From the IMG/VR virus record IMGVR_UViG_3300045988_166572, positions 1 through 43,718 of that record: DNA of 43,718 nt, one strand, 5' to 3'. A program made the position numbers and the translations under genes. The stretch is from a virus. Positions 32,139 to 42,109 of the stretch are shown here, piece by piece. Under the pieces are notes generated by a model. The model did no database searches. It was not told the origin of the DNA and saw only the letters and a list, made by a program, of their open reading frames with translations. Within the stretch, counting starts at the first letter, position 1. Each line of letters opens with the position of its first letter.

Positions 32139-32414
32139 ATGGATAAAAATAAAATGGTACAGGAAATGACAGACATATTTTACGACAGATATATTCAGTC
32201 ACCTGAAAAAATACAGGATATTACCAATAGGATTGCAATGGCAATAGGGCCGATGGATCCTATTGATCTGCCGGCAGTTGTATATGCTTTGGAAGTGCAG
32301 GCAAAGGCGCTGAGGAAACATCCCAATTTTGTAGATCTCACTGATGTATTGAAACTTAGATATAGTGTTACCGCATTATCTATAAATGTAGGAGGAGAAC
32401 ATGAAGGGGATTGA
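32139..32414 (+). CDS. Hypothetical protein
   Basis: 91-aa ORF after GGAGAAAGGAAA. Confidence 0.6.
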   Translation: MDKNKMVQEMTDIFYDRYIQSPEKIQDITNRIAMAIGPMDPIDLPAVVYALEVQAKALRKHPNFVDLTDVLKLRYSVTALSINVGGEHEGD

Positions 32415-32577
32415 GTGCCCGATCTGTCACGGCAGATGTGATCCGGGAGAAATGATCGGCGGTATCTGCCTGGAATGTCGGGAAGAGGAAGAGCAAAGAA
32501 TTGTACGCCGAGACAATGTAGTCAGTATGATGAATAGTCCGTTTAAGCAGTTGGAATTAAATTTTGGAGGTAAATAG
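32401..32577 (+). CDS. 58-aa zinc-ribbon protein (MKGIECPICHGRCDPGEMIGGICLECREEEE...)
   Basis: ATG 32401 after AGGAGGAG, with CxxC...CxxC. Not in the ORF track (<60 aa). Confidence 0.5.
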   Translation: MKGIECPICHGRCDPGEMIGGICLECREEEEQRIVRRDNVVSMMNSPFKQLELNFGGK

Positions 32578-32580
32578 GTA

Positions 32581-33033
32581 ATGGAAGAAAAGAGAATTAT
32601 TGATATTAATGGGATGAAGATGGAAGTGGATCTTAGAACAGCAAAGAGGATCGATACCTTTAAGGTTGGTGACAATGTAAAGGTTTTGGCTACCGAGTAT
32701 AACGGCACGCATAGCATTAAGCCTGGGGTGATTACAGATTTTGCGATGTTCAAGGATCTTCCTACTATTGTAGTTGCAGTTTTTAATGAAGGTGGTTGGA
32801 GTAGTAATCCTACAATCAGTTTTGAGCATATCAATTCCGAGAGTAATACGGAACTGATTTTCGCAAGTGAGGAAGAGATCCGGTTAAGCAGAGATGGTGT
32901 AATAGAGAAGTTTGAGCGTGAGATCCAGAAGAAAGAGAACGAACGCCAAGACTTGCAGAATCAGCTTGATTATTTTAAAAAGCATTTCCTTAAGAACGAA
33001 GGAGAGGTGCTTGCTGATGCCAGAGCAGATTGA
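32581..33033 (+). CDS. Hypothetical protein
   Basis: 150 aa, ATG 32581 after GGAGG. Confidence 0.7.
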   Translation: MEEKRIIDINGMKMEVDLRTAKRIDTFKVGDNVKVLATEYNGTHSIKPGVITDFAMFKDLPTIVVAVFNEGGWSSNPTISFEHINSESNTELIFASEEEIRLSRDGVIEKFEREIQKKENERQDLQNQLDYFKKHFLKNEGEVLADARAD

Positions 33034-33148
33034 AAATCGCATGGTTGTTGATGCGGAATGGAATGAAATAGAATATCGGGTACCTGTGAAAAACAGGTAC
33101 CTGGAACAACGGAGAGCCTATGAAGAGGCAGAAAGAGAGGAACAATGA
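33017..33148 (+). CDS. 43-aa hypothetical ORF (MPEQIENRMVVDAEWNEIEYRVPVKNRYLEQRRAYEEAEREEQ)
   Basis: ATG 33017 after GGAGAGG. The longer 32912 start overlaps the upstream gene. Confidence 0.4.
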   Translation: MPEQIENRMVVDAEWNEIEYRVPVKNRYLEQRRAYEEAEREEQ

Positions 33149-33633
33149 GCACATTATATGAATTAACCGGAGATTATATGCAACTCCTTGAATGGCTAGA
33201 AGATGAAGAGAATCTGGAAGATGCTGCAGTAAAGGATACCCTTGACGGAATTGAGGGAGCTATTGAAGATAAAGCAGATAATTATGCCAAGATCATTAAA
33301 GAGCTTAAGGCAGAGGCTAAGAAATTTGCAGAGGAAAAGAAACGCCTGGAAGAACGGCAACAGGCAATGGAGAACCGTGCAAAACTGTTAAATAAGCATC
33401 TGTATGACAGCATGAAGCTGACTGGAAAGACAAAGTTTAAGACAGGGCTTTTCAGTTTTGGTATTCAGAAGAACGGTGGCCTGCAGCCTATTGAGATTGA
33501 TACAGAGAACGTTCCGGATGAATATATGAAGAAAGAACCTGATAATGCATTAATCCGTCAGGCATTAAAGGAAGGTAAGGAGCTTACGTTTGTCACCCTG
33601 AAAGAGTATGGAGATCATTTAGTGATCCGATAG
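33145..33633 (+). CDS. Siphovirus Gp157-family protein
   Basis: MSTLYELTGDYMQLLEWLEDEE N-terminus and a coiled-coil centre typical of Sipho_Gp157. Lies upstream of the annealase, as usual for this family. Confidence 0.8.
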   Translation: MSTLYELTGDYMQLLEWLEDEENLEDAAVKDTLDGIEGAIEDKADNYAKIIKELKAEAKKFAEEKKRLEERQQAMENRAKLLNKHLYDSMKLTGKTKFKTGLFSFGIQKNGGLQPIEIDTENVPDEYMKKEPDNALIRQALKEGKELTFVTLKEYGDHLVIR

Positions 33634-33641
33634 GAGGCAGC

Positions 33642-34166
33642 ATGAAGAAATTCAGAGAACTGACGGCAGGAGATATTGAATGCCGTATTAATACGATTTC
33701 CGCTAAAGGATGCTCCCTTCTTCTTTATAAGGATGCCCGTTGTGATATGAAGATTCTGGATGAAACGGTAGGTCCGGAAAACTGGAAAAGATCGCATGAG
33801 CTGATTAATGGAAATCTGTTTTGCAATGTATCAATCTATGATCCGGATAAGAAAGAATGGGTTACGAAACAGGATGTAGGAACAGAGAGTTATACAGAAA
33901 AAGAAAAGGGACAAGCTTCTGATGCATTTAAACGTGCCTGCTTTAACTGGGGGATTGGAAGAGAGCTCTATACGGCTCCATTTATCTGGATTAGTACAGA
34001 TGGAGTCACATTAAAAGAGGTGGAGCAGCAAGGGAAAAAGAAGTATACCACATATGATAAATTCCGGGTGACACAGATCATTATTGAAAATGGAGAGATA
34101 AAGGCACTTGCCATAAAAAACGACAGCATTGGGGAAATGGTCTTTAAGTACGATGTGAGAGGGTGA
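33642..34166 (+). CDS. Rad52/Sak-type single-strand annealing protein
   Basis: EKGQASDAFKRACFNWGIGRELYTAP motif, 174 aa, recombination-module context. Confidence 0.65.
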   Translation: MKKFRELTAGDIECRINTISAKGCSLLLYKDARCDMKILDETVGPENWKRSHELINGNLFCNVSIYDPDKKEWVTKQDVGTESYTEKEKGQASDAFKRACFNWGIGRELYTAPFIWISTDGVTLKEVEQQGKKKYTTYDKFRVTQIIIENGEIKALAIKNDSIGEMVFKYDVRG

Positions 34167-34807
34167 TGCTGATGCACAGCATGGTAACACTAAATAAATA
34201 CAAGGAAACAGACCTTGGCACGGAACTGTATATCACCGTGCCGGACAGAAAACTCGGGGATATGCTGACAGAACGTTGTATCAAACGTGCAGAAATGCGG
34301 TTTGACGATGGAAGAACTATTTCCATTGAGCAGAGAAAGAAAGCATATGCCACGATAAGAGATATTGCGGATTATACCGGATATTTACCAGAAGAACAGA
34401 AAGAGTGGCTGAAATACCTGTATATCGCACAGACAGGTAGTGATTATTTCAGTTTATCGGACTGTTCCATGACAACGGCAAGAGAATTTATCAGCTGCAT
34501 ACTGGAATACGCAATCGAAAATGGAATTCCTCTTTCTGAAAACGCAATAGAGCGTACAGATGATATCGGCAGGTATTTGTATTATTGCTTAAAGGCAAAG
34601 AAATGTGCTGTATGTGGCAAAGACGGGGAAATACATCATGAGGATGCGATTGGAATGGGAAATGACCGTAGAGCAGTCGATGACAGCAATTATAAAAAGA
34701 TATGCCTATGCCGGTTACACCATACCATAGCACACCAGAAGGGCGTGAAAGCCTTTACAGAATGCTACAAGGTATATGGAATTATTTTCAAGGAGAATGA
34801 AAAGTGA
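34163..34807 (+). CDS. HNH-type nuclease (HNHc_6-like)
   Basis: CAVCGKDGEIHHEDAIGMGNDRR...CRLHHTIAH. Start ambiguous (GTG 34163, ATG 34166 or 34172). Confidence 0.75.
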   Translation: MMLMHSMVTLNKYKETDLGTELYITVPDRKLGDMLTERCIKRAEMRFDDGRTISIEQRKKAYATIRDIADYTGYLPEEQKEWLKYLYIAQTGSDYFSLSDCSMTTAREFISCILEYAIENGIPLSENAIERTDDIGRYLYYCLKAKKCAVCGKDGEIHHEDAIGMGNDRRAVDDSNYKKICLCRLHHTIAHQKGVKAFTECYKVYGIIFKENEK

Positions 34808-35169
34808 AATTTGTTATCGCTTTACCACCAGTAACCAAAAAGAACAGCCAACAGATCATTAAGGCAGGCAACCGGGTAATGATTATACCAAGTAAGAAAT
34901 ACAGGGAATATGAAGCACAGTGTATACCATTCCTAAAGCCCCTACATATTGATTATCCGGTGAATATCGAAGCAATCTACTATATGCCGACCAAACGCCG
35001 TGTAGATCTTTGTAATCTGCATGAGGCCTTATGTGATGTGCTGGTTAAGTATGGTGTGATCGAAGATGATAACAGCAGGATTATAGTGTCTATGGACGGC
35101 TCACGGGTTCGGTATGACAAGGAGAACCCAAGAACCGAAGTCACCATAGAAATGGTTGGAACACCTTAA
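34804..35169 (+). CDS. rusA: RusA-family Holliday junction resolvase
   Basis: GTG start. ALPPVTKKNSQQI...PSKKYREYE...DLCNLHEALCDVLVKYGVIEDDN pattern. Confidence 0.85.
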   Translation: MKFVIALPPVTKKNSQQIIKAGNRVMIIPSKKYREYEAQCIPFLKPLHIDYPVNIEAIYYMPTKRRVDLCNLHEALCDVLVKYGVIEDDNSRIIVSMDGSRVRYDKENPRTEVTIEMVGTP

Positions 35170-35281
35170 GAAACTATTAACCACGCTAAGATCTGATGGC
35201 AGCATACCACGGGAATGCCAGGAGATTACCCTACCTATCAGCTCCCCCAGTTGGTAGGTAGGAATGAAGTGAGGTGAAATA

Positions 35282-35629
35282 TTGGAAATTAATATTATAG
35301 ATCTTATTCCGGTAGGAAAAGAAAACGCAATTAAGAGAGAACAGCTTACAAGACTTTGCTTTCAATATGGGTTGATCGCAGATGTAAAGGATAAAGACAG
35401 AGCCATGAGAGATCTTATTGGAGAAGCAAGGATGGAACATCCCATTATCAATATGTCGCATGGTGATGGTTACTATCAGCCACGTACGGATTCTAAGGAA
35501 GAGATGGCCGAACTGAATGCTTTTATACAGCAGGAGAAAAGTCGAGGAGGTAAAATCTTCGAACACGTCGCACCTGCAGAAGCTCAATATGAAGATTTTA
35601 TACGTGGAAGATTTGAAAGGGTGACGTGA
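35282..35629 (+). CDS. Hypothetical winged-helix-like protein
   Basis: TTG start after GAGGTGA, 115 aa. Confidence 0.55.
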   Translation: MEINIIDLIPVGKENAIKREQLTRLCFQYGLIADVKDKDRAMRDLIGEARMEHPIINMSHGDGYYQPRTDSKEEMAELNAFIQQEKSRGGKIFEHVAPAEAQYEDFIRGRFERVT

Positions 35630-35631
35630 TC

Positions 35632-36483
35632 ATGGCAGGCAGACAAAACAAAGTAGGACTGGATTACTTTGAATTGGATTGCCACATGGATGAAAAGGTT
35701 AGATTGGTACAGGCTGAATATGGACTGAAAGGCTTTGCAGTTTTCGTCAAACTACTCCAGGAAATATATGGAGGGTATGGTTATTACTGTGAATGGACTC
35801 AAGACAGGGAGCTTCTGTTTGCGTCAGAAAATGGTTTGAATGGCGGTTCCCAACAACTCTTAGGAGATATAGTGGAAGCCTGTATCAGAAGGAACATTTT
35901 TTCAGAGAGACTTTTTAAAGAGTACGGTATTCTTACGTCCTCCGGGGTGCAGAAGCAATACCTGAAAGCTACAGTCAAGCGGGAAGTTGTAGAACTGAAA
36001 AAAGAGTACCTTTTAATTAGTGTACCTGTAAATAGGAAAAATGTGGTAATTAATTCAATTTCTTCCGGAATAAATGACATTTCTGATACCGGAAATGCAC
36101 AGAGTAGAGTAGAGAAGAGTAAAGTATATCCCCCTATATCCCCCAACGGTTTTAATTGCTTCTGGGAGATATACCCGAAAAAGGTACGGATTCTGAAAGC
36201 GGAAGAGGCATACAGGCAGGTCTTGTTTGATGATAGTTCTGTTAATGAGGAAGATCTTAAGGATGCCGCTGCCAATTATGCGGAGTCTGTGCGGATTCTG
36301 GATACACAGGAGAGATACATACTCAATCCGGAAAACTTCCTGTTAATAGGGGCATATACAGATTACCTGCCGGGTAACTACAAGAAGCCACAGAGCAGTA
36401 AGAAAGTTCAGTTTAACCAGATGATGCATGGCAATTATGATTATGCAGCACTGGAAAAGCAAATGTTAGGAGTGGATCAATGA
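35632..36483 (+). CDS. DUF4373 (Lin1244/Lin1753-like) replication organiser / DnaD-like protein
   Basis: MAGRQNKVGLDYFELDCHMDEKVRLVQAEYGLKGFAVFVKLLQEIYG is the characteristic N-terminus. Confidence 0.8.
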   Translation: MAGRQNKVGLDYFELDCHMDEKVRLVQAEYGLKGFAVFVKLLQEIYGGYGYYCEWTQDRELLFASENGLNGGSQQLLGDIVEACIRRNIFSERLFKEYGILTSSGVQKQYLKATVKREVVELKKEYLLISVPVNRKNVVINSISSGINDISDTGNAQSRVEKSKVYPPISPNGFNCFWEIYPKKVRILKAEEAYRQVLFDDSSVNEEDLKDAAANYAESVRILDTQERYILNPENFLLIGAYTDYLPGNYKKPQSSKKVQFNQMMHGNYDYAALEKQMLGVDQ

Positions 36484-36484
36484 A

Positions 36485-36928
36485 ATGAAGCGAAAAGAAA
36501 ATAAGGATCTGATGATGCAGATGCTTCGTGACGGAGTGCCATACAAGGAGATCGCAGAAGCAACAGGCTACAAGGTGACATCCTTACACAGATACGCACA
36601 GGACATTGAAGAGCGGAAAGAACATCAGAACACCGGTGTCAAAAGCTATAAGGACCTGATTATACGATGGTTTGAGCAGGGAAAGACAGCAGAAGAGATT
36701 GGGGAACTGATTGGCTACAGTCCGGTCACGGTAAAGAACAAATACAACGAGTGGAAGCGTGAGGAGAAGTTCAGGGACGAACCGGAAGAGATTGAAGAGG
36801 TTGCTTTTCCTGAGAAGCAGTTGAGCTTTGTGGAGCGGAGAAAAGTTAAAACTTATCCAGCAACATACGGAAATAAACGGTGGATTGATATAACAGATGG
36901 GTATTTGGATAATTACGTGCCCGGATGA
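36485..36928 (+). CDS. Putative DNA-binding protein with two HTH-like segments
   Basis: VPYKEIAEATGYKVTSLHRY and KTAEEIGELIGYSPVTVKNKY. Confidence 0.6.
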   Translation: MKRKENKDLMMQMLRDGVPYKEIAEATGYKVTSLHRYAQDIEERKEHQNTGVKSYKDLIIRWFEQGKTAEEIGELIGYSPVTVKNKYNEWKREEKFRDEPEEIEEVAFPEKQLSFVERRKVKTYPATYGNKRWIDITDGYLDNYVPG

Positions 36929-37009
36929 TTTAGACCATGATAAAAACATGACAGAAAGGAGTGAGAGGTTTGCTGGCCAGCGAAAAAGACGTCTTTACTC
37001 CTGAAAGAG

Positions 37010-38125
37010 ATGAAAGAAGAATTTAGAAGCCGGGTGTATACAGATAGACCAGATTATGCTGATTTTGAACCAGCAGCAAAGTTTAATGCCATACAGAGCA
37101 TTATAGCAAAGAGATTGAGAGAGCATCCAAACGCTATATGCTCATACTCTGGCGGTTCGGACAGCGATATTATGATCGACTTGATTGAGCGGACACGAAA
37201 GATTTTCAATTTACCGTCGGTAAAGTATGTATTCTTTAATACTGGACTTGAAATGAAAGCCACAAAAGATCATGTTAGGGATACCGCAGAAAAATATGGT
37301 GTGGAAATCGAAGAGTGCAGGCCAAAGATAAATATTGTACTGGCAACAAGAAAATATGGGGTGCCGTTTGTATCAAAAATTATGTCTGCTGGATTATCTG
37401 GGTGGCAAAAGAAGAAGGTACCGTTATCAATCGCGCAGGAGTACGATCAGGCAGAGGATAAACAGGCAAAGCGGGAAGAACTGAGAGAAAGATACCCCAA
37501 TTGTGAAAGTACAATTAACTTTCTCTGTTGCTGTAACTCCGCAGGAGAACCAAGACCCAATATCCAGTTGGTTATCAATTCATCGAAGTATATGCGGGAT
37601 TTTATAGAAGAATATCCACCGGACTTCCCGATAAGCGCAGACTGTTGCGTTCATTGCAAGAAAAATGTTGCACATAAGGTACAAAGGGATTACGAGATGG
37701 TTATTACCGGCGAGCGCAGGGATGAGGGCGGTATGAGATCTGTGCCGAGGAAAGATAATACAGCCTTATGCTTCACGGAAACATCTAGTGGGCAGTATCG
37801 TTTGAGACCACTTTATTATGTGAGCGATAAGGATAAAGAATGGTACAAAAATTACTATGAGGTACGGTATTCTGATGCATATGAAGTATATGGATTGACC
37901 CGTACCGGATGTTGTGGATGTCCTATCTCTTACAAGGCTATTGATGATCTGGAACTGATCCGACCATATGAGCCGAATGTAGTAAAGGCTGCATGGAACA
38001 TCTTTGGTAAAAGCTATGAATACAGGAGGAAGTATAACGAGTATAAGCAGATGCGGATGAACCAAGACAAGGAATCGGCTGCTAATGTGGAAGGGCAGAT
38101 GAGTATAGAGGATTTTATAAAATAA
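37010..38125 (+). CDS. PAPS-reductase-family (PP-loop ATP pyrophosphatase, IbrA/DndC-like) protein with Cys-rich C-terminal half
   Basis: PP-loop CSYSGGSDSDIM, and Cys clusters CCCNSAG, CCVHCKK and TGCCGCP. Confidence 0.8.
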   Translation: MKEEFRSRVYTDRPDYADFEPAAKFNAIQSIIAKRLREHPNAICSYSGGSDSDIMIDLIERTRKIFNLPSVKYVFFNTGLEMKATKDHVRDTAEKYGVEIEECRPKINIVLATRKYGVPFVSKIMSAGLSGWQKKKVPLSIAQEYDQAEDKQAKREELRERYPNCESTINFLCCCNSAGEPRPNIQLVINSSKYMRDFIEEYPPDFPISADCCVHCKKNVAHKVQRDYEMVITGERRDEGGMRSVPRKDNTALCFTETSSGQYRLRPLYYVSDKDKEWYKNYYEVRYSDAYEVYGLTRTGCCGCPISYKAIDDLELIRPYEPNVVKAAWNIFGKSYEYRRKYNEYKQMRMNQDKESAANVEGQMSIEDFIK

Positions 38126-38180
38126 CAGAAAGGAGCCGAGCCTCAGGCCTGGGTAACGATATATCGGGCTCCTTTTGAAA

Positions 38181-40703
38181 ATGAATTATAAAGAATTTTT
38201 AGAATCAAAAATAGAACTTGCAACAGAAAGCGGATTCATAGTGGATCCTGCAGATATTAATCCGGCATTAAAGCCACATCAGAGGGATGCGGTAAGGTGG
38301 GCATTAAAAGGTGGCAGGCGTGCACTGTTTGAGTCGTTTGGTCTGGGAAAGACCATACAGGAAATTGAATTCTGCTATCAGGCAGTTAAGCATTGCGGTG
38401 GCAGGGCATTGATTGTACTTCCACTTGGAGTAAAACAGGAATTCACGCGGGATGCAGTAGAGATTCTTGGATATGATCAGCCGGAGTACTGTCGGACGAT
38501 GGAAGAGGTGGGAAAATGCCGGTCCCGGATTGTTTTGACGAATTACGAGAGAGTACGTGACGGAGACATCCGGCCAGAGTATTTCGCGGCAACCTCACTG
38601 GATGAAGCCAGTGTTTTACGGAGTTTTGGAAGTAAAACCTATCAGACGTTCCTTGATAAATTTAAAAATGTTCCATACAAGCTAGTTGCTACCGCAACTC
38701 CTTCCCCAAACCGGTATAAGGAGCTGATTCATTATGCTGGATACCTAGAGGTGATGGATACCGGACAGGCCTTAACAAGATTTTTTCAAAGAGACAGTAC
38801 CAAGGCAAATAACCTGACCTTATATCCCAATATGGAAGATGAGTTCTGGATGTGGGTAAGCAGCTGGGCGTTGTTTGTAACGAAACCATCTGATCTTAAC
38901 CCAGAGTATTCTGACGAAGGCTATGATCTGCCGCCTCTGGATGTGAGGTGGGTGGAAATACCGGTACACTATGGAGATACTGCAGATCGTGACGGGCAGA
39001 TACAGTTGTTTCAGGAAGCAGCAGAGGGGTTAAAAGAAGCGGCAGCCGTTAAGCGGGAAAGTATCGACCAGCGCGTGGCTGAAATGAAACGGATTGTTGA
39101 GGAATCACCGGAAGATCATTTCCTATTATGGCACGATCTGGAAAATGAACGGAATGCAATCAAGAAAGCATTGCCAGAAACAGTAGATATTTATGGATCT
39201 ATGAATTATGACGAACGAGAGAAGAGAGTGATTGATTTTTCTAATGGAAAGTGCCGGTTGTTTGCAACCAAGAAGTCACTGTCAGGATCCGGCTGCAATT
39301 TTCAAAGATATTGCCATAAGGAAATCTTTTTAGGTATCGATTATGAATTTAATGATTTCATACAGGCAGTGCACCGGTGTTACCGATTTTTACAGAAAGA
39401 ACCGGTTGTGATCTACATCATTTACATGGAGAATGAGCGGCAGATCAAGGAAGCATTGATTGAAAAGTGGAAAAATCATAATTACATGGTTGCGAAGATG
39501 ATTGAGATTGTAAAGAAGTACGGATTGAACTCTGCCAATAAGGTGGAACGACTGGAAAGGAAAATGGGAGTGGAAGGAAGCAGAGAAGAACGGACAGTAA
39601 AGGGAACCTATTACACAGCGGTTTATGGGGACTGCGTAGAAGAAACACGGGAAATGGAGAGTAACAGCGTTGATCTGATCCATACCTCGATCCCGTTCGG
39701 AAATCATTATGAGTACAGTGCCAATTATAATGACTTCGGACATAACCAGAATACGGAACGTTTCTTTGAACAGATGGATTACCTGACACCGGAACTGCTC
39801 CGTATTTTAAAACCGGGAAGAGTGGCAGCTATTCATGTTAAAGACAGGGTGCTCTTCGGTAATGTGACCGGAACCGGCTTTCCTACGATGGAACCCTTTC
39901 ATGCAGCCTGCATCAGCCATTATATGAAGCATGGTTTCCAATATTTTGGAATGATAACGGTAGTAACGGATGTGGTTCGTGAAAATAACCAGACTTATCG
40001 ATTGGGATGGTCGGACTGCTGCAAGGATGGAACCAAGATGGGAGTGGGGTGTCCGGAATATATCCTGCTTTTCCGGAAACAGCAGACAGATCACTCAAAG
40101 GGATTTGCGGATGAGAGGGTAACCAAGTCAAAAGAAGAATATACCCGTGCACAGTGGCAGATTGATGCTCATGGGTACTGGAGATCATCCGGAGACAGGC
40201 TGATAGCCAAAGAAGAACTGGAAAGCATATCAGTTGATAATCTGCAGAATGTGTACAGACAGTACAGCCGGGAAAATGTCTACAGTTACGAGGATCATGT
40301 TAGGTTGGCTAAGAAGCTGGACGAAAACGGCAAGTTACCGGCTACTTTCATGGTAGTTGCTCCGGGATCCTGGAATCAGTTGGAGGTATGGGACGACATC
40401 AACCGGATGCGTACATTAAACACAACGCAGAGTCGCAGACGCGCCCAGATGCACGTGTGCCCGCTGCAGTTGGATATCGTGGAGCGGATCATCAACAGAT
40501 ACAGTAATGAGGGAGATACAGTCTATGATCCATTTGGTGGACTTATGACAGTACCGATGACGGCGGTTAAGATGCACCGGAACGGAAAGGGGTGTGAACT
40601 GAACCCAGATTACTTCCGTGACGGTGTTGGATATCTACAGGCAGCGGAGAACGAGGTGGACGAGCCTACATTGTTTGATTTTATACCGGGGGTGATGCCG
40701 TGA
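38181..40703 (+). CDS. SNF2/DEAD-like helicase fused to a beta-class N6A/N4C DNA methyltransferase
   Basis: Helicase motifs FGLGKT and LDEAS. MTase motif IV-like TSIPF and C-terminal SAM motif VYDPFGGLMT. ATG 38181 (or TTG 38175) lies directly after a hairpin (38128-38175). Confidence 0.88.
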   Translation: MNYKEFLESKIELATESGFIVDPADINPALKPHQRDAVRWALKGGRRALFESFGLGKTIQEIEFCYQAVKHCGGRALIVLPLGVKQEFTRDAVEILGYDQPEYCRTMEEVGKCRSRIVLTNYERVRDGDIRPEYFAATSLDEASVLRSFGSKTYQTFLDKFKNVPYKLVATATPSPNRYKELIHYAGYLEVMDTGQALTRFFQRDSTKANNLTLYPNMEDEFWMWVSSWALFVTKPSDLNPEYSDEGYDLPPLDVRWVEIPVHYGDTADRDGQIQLFQEAAEGLKEAAAVKRESIDQRVAEMKRIVEESPEDHFLLWHDLENERNAIKKALPETVDIYGSMNYDEREKRVIDFSNGKCRLFATKKSLSGSGCNFQRYCHKEIFLGIDYEFNDFIQAVHRCYRFLQKEPVVIYIIYMENERQIKEALIEKWKNHNYMVAKMIEIVKKYGLNSANKVERLERKMGVEGSREERTVKGTYYTAVYGDCVEETREMESNSVDLIHTSIPFGNHYEYSANYNDFGHNQNTERFFEQMDYLTPELLRILKPGRVAAIHVKDRVLFGNVTGTGFPTMEPFHAACISHYMKHGFQYFGMITVVTDVVRENNQTYRLGWSDCCKDGTKMGVGCPEYILLFRKQQTDHSKGFADERVTKSKEEYTRAQWQIDAHGYWRSSGDRLIAKEELESISVDNLQNVYRQYSRENVYSYEDHVRLAKKLDENGKLPATFMVVAPGSWNQLEVWDDINRMRTLNTTQSRRRAQMHVCPLQLDIVERIINRYSNEGDTVYDPFGGLMTVPMTAVKMHRNGKGCELNPDYFRDGVGYLQAAENEVDEPTLFDFIPGVMP

Positions 40704-41107
40704 ATTTATTTGAAAAAGTAAAATGCAAAGGCTTTTATAAGCCATTTAAAGACGGCAGATGGTTGTATCTTGACAGGAAAACGTTAACTGCTGATGCAAT
40801 GGACAATAACCTCGCAGACGGAAATAATGATGGTACTGTTGAAAAAGATGTAGAGTACATCGAAAAGACCTATTACAAGCACGTTGAAAAGAATTTCATT
40901 GGTGTGATTGTCGGATATAAAGATATTGTTATTAAGGGTTATCTTGATGCAGTTTATCAAGATGAATGTGATGTAGGAGTTGGAGTTATTCCAGAAGCAT
41001 TTTATGTATCTAAAAGATCAAAAGAAACTGTTAAATGTGCGGTTGTCTATTATGCAAACAACTTGAAGCATTATGTACCGTTGGAGGATCTGGAGGTGTT
41101 GCCATGA
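40700..41107 (+). CDS. Hypothetical protein between the two methyltransferases
   Basis: GTG start overlapping the upstream stop, 135 aa. Confidence 0.6.
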   Translation: MNLFEKVKCKGFYKPFKDGRWLYLDRKTLTADAMDNNLADGNNDGTVEKDVEYIEKTYYKHVEKNFIGVIVGYKDIVIKGYLDAVYQDECDVGVGVIPEAFYVSKRSKETVKCAVVYYANNLKHYVPLEDLEVLP

Positions 41108-42093
41108 TTCAGATATTGGAATTGTTTGGAGGAATAGGATCACCAAGATGTGCATTGCGCAATCTTGGAATACCGGTAAAAGCCATTGATTATGTGGAAA
41201 TTGATGAAAAGGCGGTCCGTTCTTATAATGCCATGTTTGCCGGTGAACTGCCTTACAAAACACAGTCTGTCGTTGGCTGGAATTTAAAACCGGATATTTT
41301 AATTCACGGAAGTCCATGTCAGGATTTTAGTATAGCAGGCAAACAGAAGGGAGCAGATGAAGGATCAGAAACACGGTCAAGCCTCATGTGGGAAACAATT
41401 CATATCATTGAACAGATGGGAGAATGGAAGCCACGCTATGTTATATGGGAAAATGTGAAAAACATCCGTAGTAAGTATATGGTTTGCAACCACAACCGGT
41501 ATATGTTAGAAATGGCGAAAATGGGATATACAAGTAGCTATGAACTTTTAGACGCAAGGGAATTTGGATTACCCCAAGCAAGACAGAGATACTTCACAGT
41601 GTCGGTTCTTGGGAATGAGTATTTTGATTTTTCAAACCTGATACATACTCCAATGCGAAATATTAAAGATTTCCTGGAAAGTGAAGTGCCTGAATTTTAC
41701 ACGGTCAGGCAGCCAAGTATGTTACGAAGGATAGATGGATTGTCAGATTATGATGGTGATTTTAAAGGCAGGATTCCTGTTATTAAGGATTTTACTATGA
41801 CAATTACATGTAAGCAGATGCGAAATCCCAACAGTGGAGTAATTGACTTGGGAAACGGAAAATACAGATATCTGACAGAAAGAGAATGCTGGCGCATACA
41901 GGGTTATTCGGATGAAGATTTTGATAATGCATCGAAAGTGCATCCACGGAAGGAAAACTGTTTGAATGGTGCTTTATACAAACAAGCCGGAAACAGCATT
42001 CCGGTTCCGATTTTTGAAAGTATATTTCGAAAGATAATTCTTGGAGAAACTGAAATGATGGAAGATCAGATCGGACAACTCCGGTTCGCATAG
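41104..42093 (+). CDS. dcm: DNA (cytosine-5)-methyltransferase
   Basis: ATG 41104 (ATGA overlap). Motifs ELFGGIGS (I), GSPCQDFS (IV), WENVKN (VI), QARQRYF (VIII) and GNSIPV (X). Confidence 0.95.
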   Translation: MIQILELFGGIGSPRCALRNLGIPVKAIDYVEIDEKAVRSYNAMFAGELPYKTQSVVGWNLKPDILIHGSPCQDFSIAGKQKGADEGSETRSSLMWETIHIIEQMGEWKPRYVIWENVKNIRSKYMVCNHNRYMLEMAKMGYTSSYELLDAREFGLPQARQRYFTVSVLGNEYFDFSNLIHTPMRNIKDFLESEVPEFYTVRQPSMLRRIDGLSDYDGDFKGRIPVIKDFTMTITCKQMRNPNSGVIDLGNGKYRYLTERECWRIQGYSDEDFDNASKVHPRKENCLNGALYKQAGNSIPVPIFESIFRKIILGETEMMEDQIGQLRFA

Positions 42094-42109
42094 TTAGGAG
42101 GAAAAGAAA

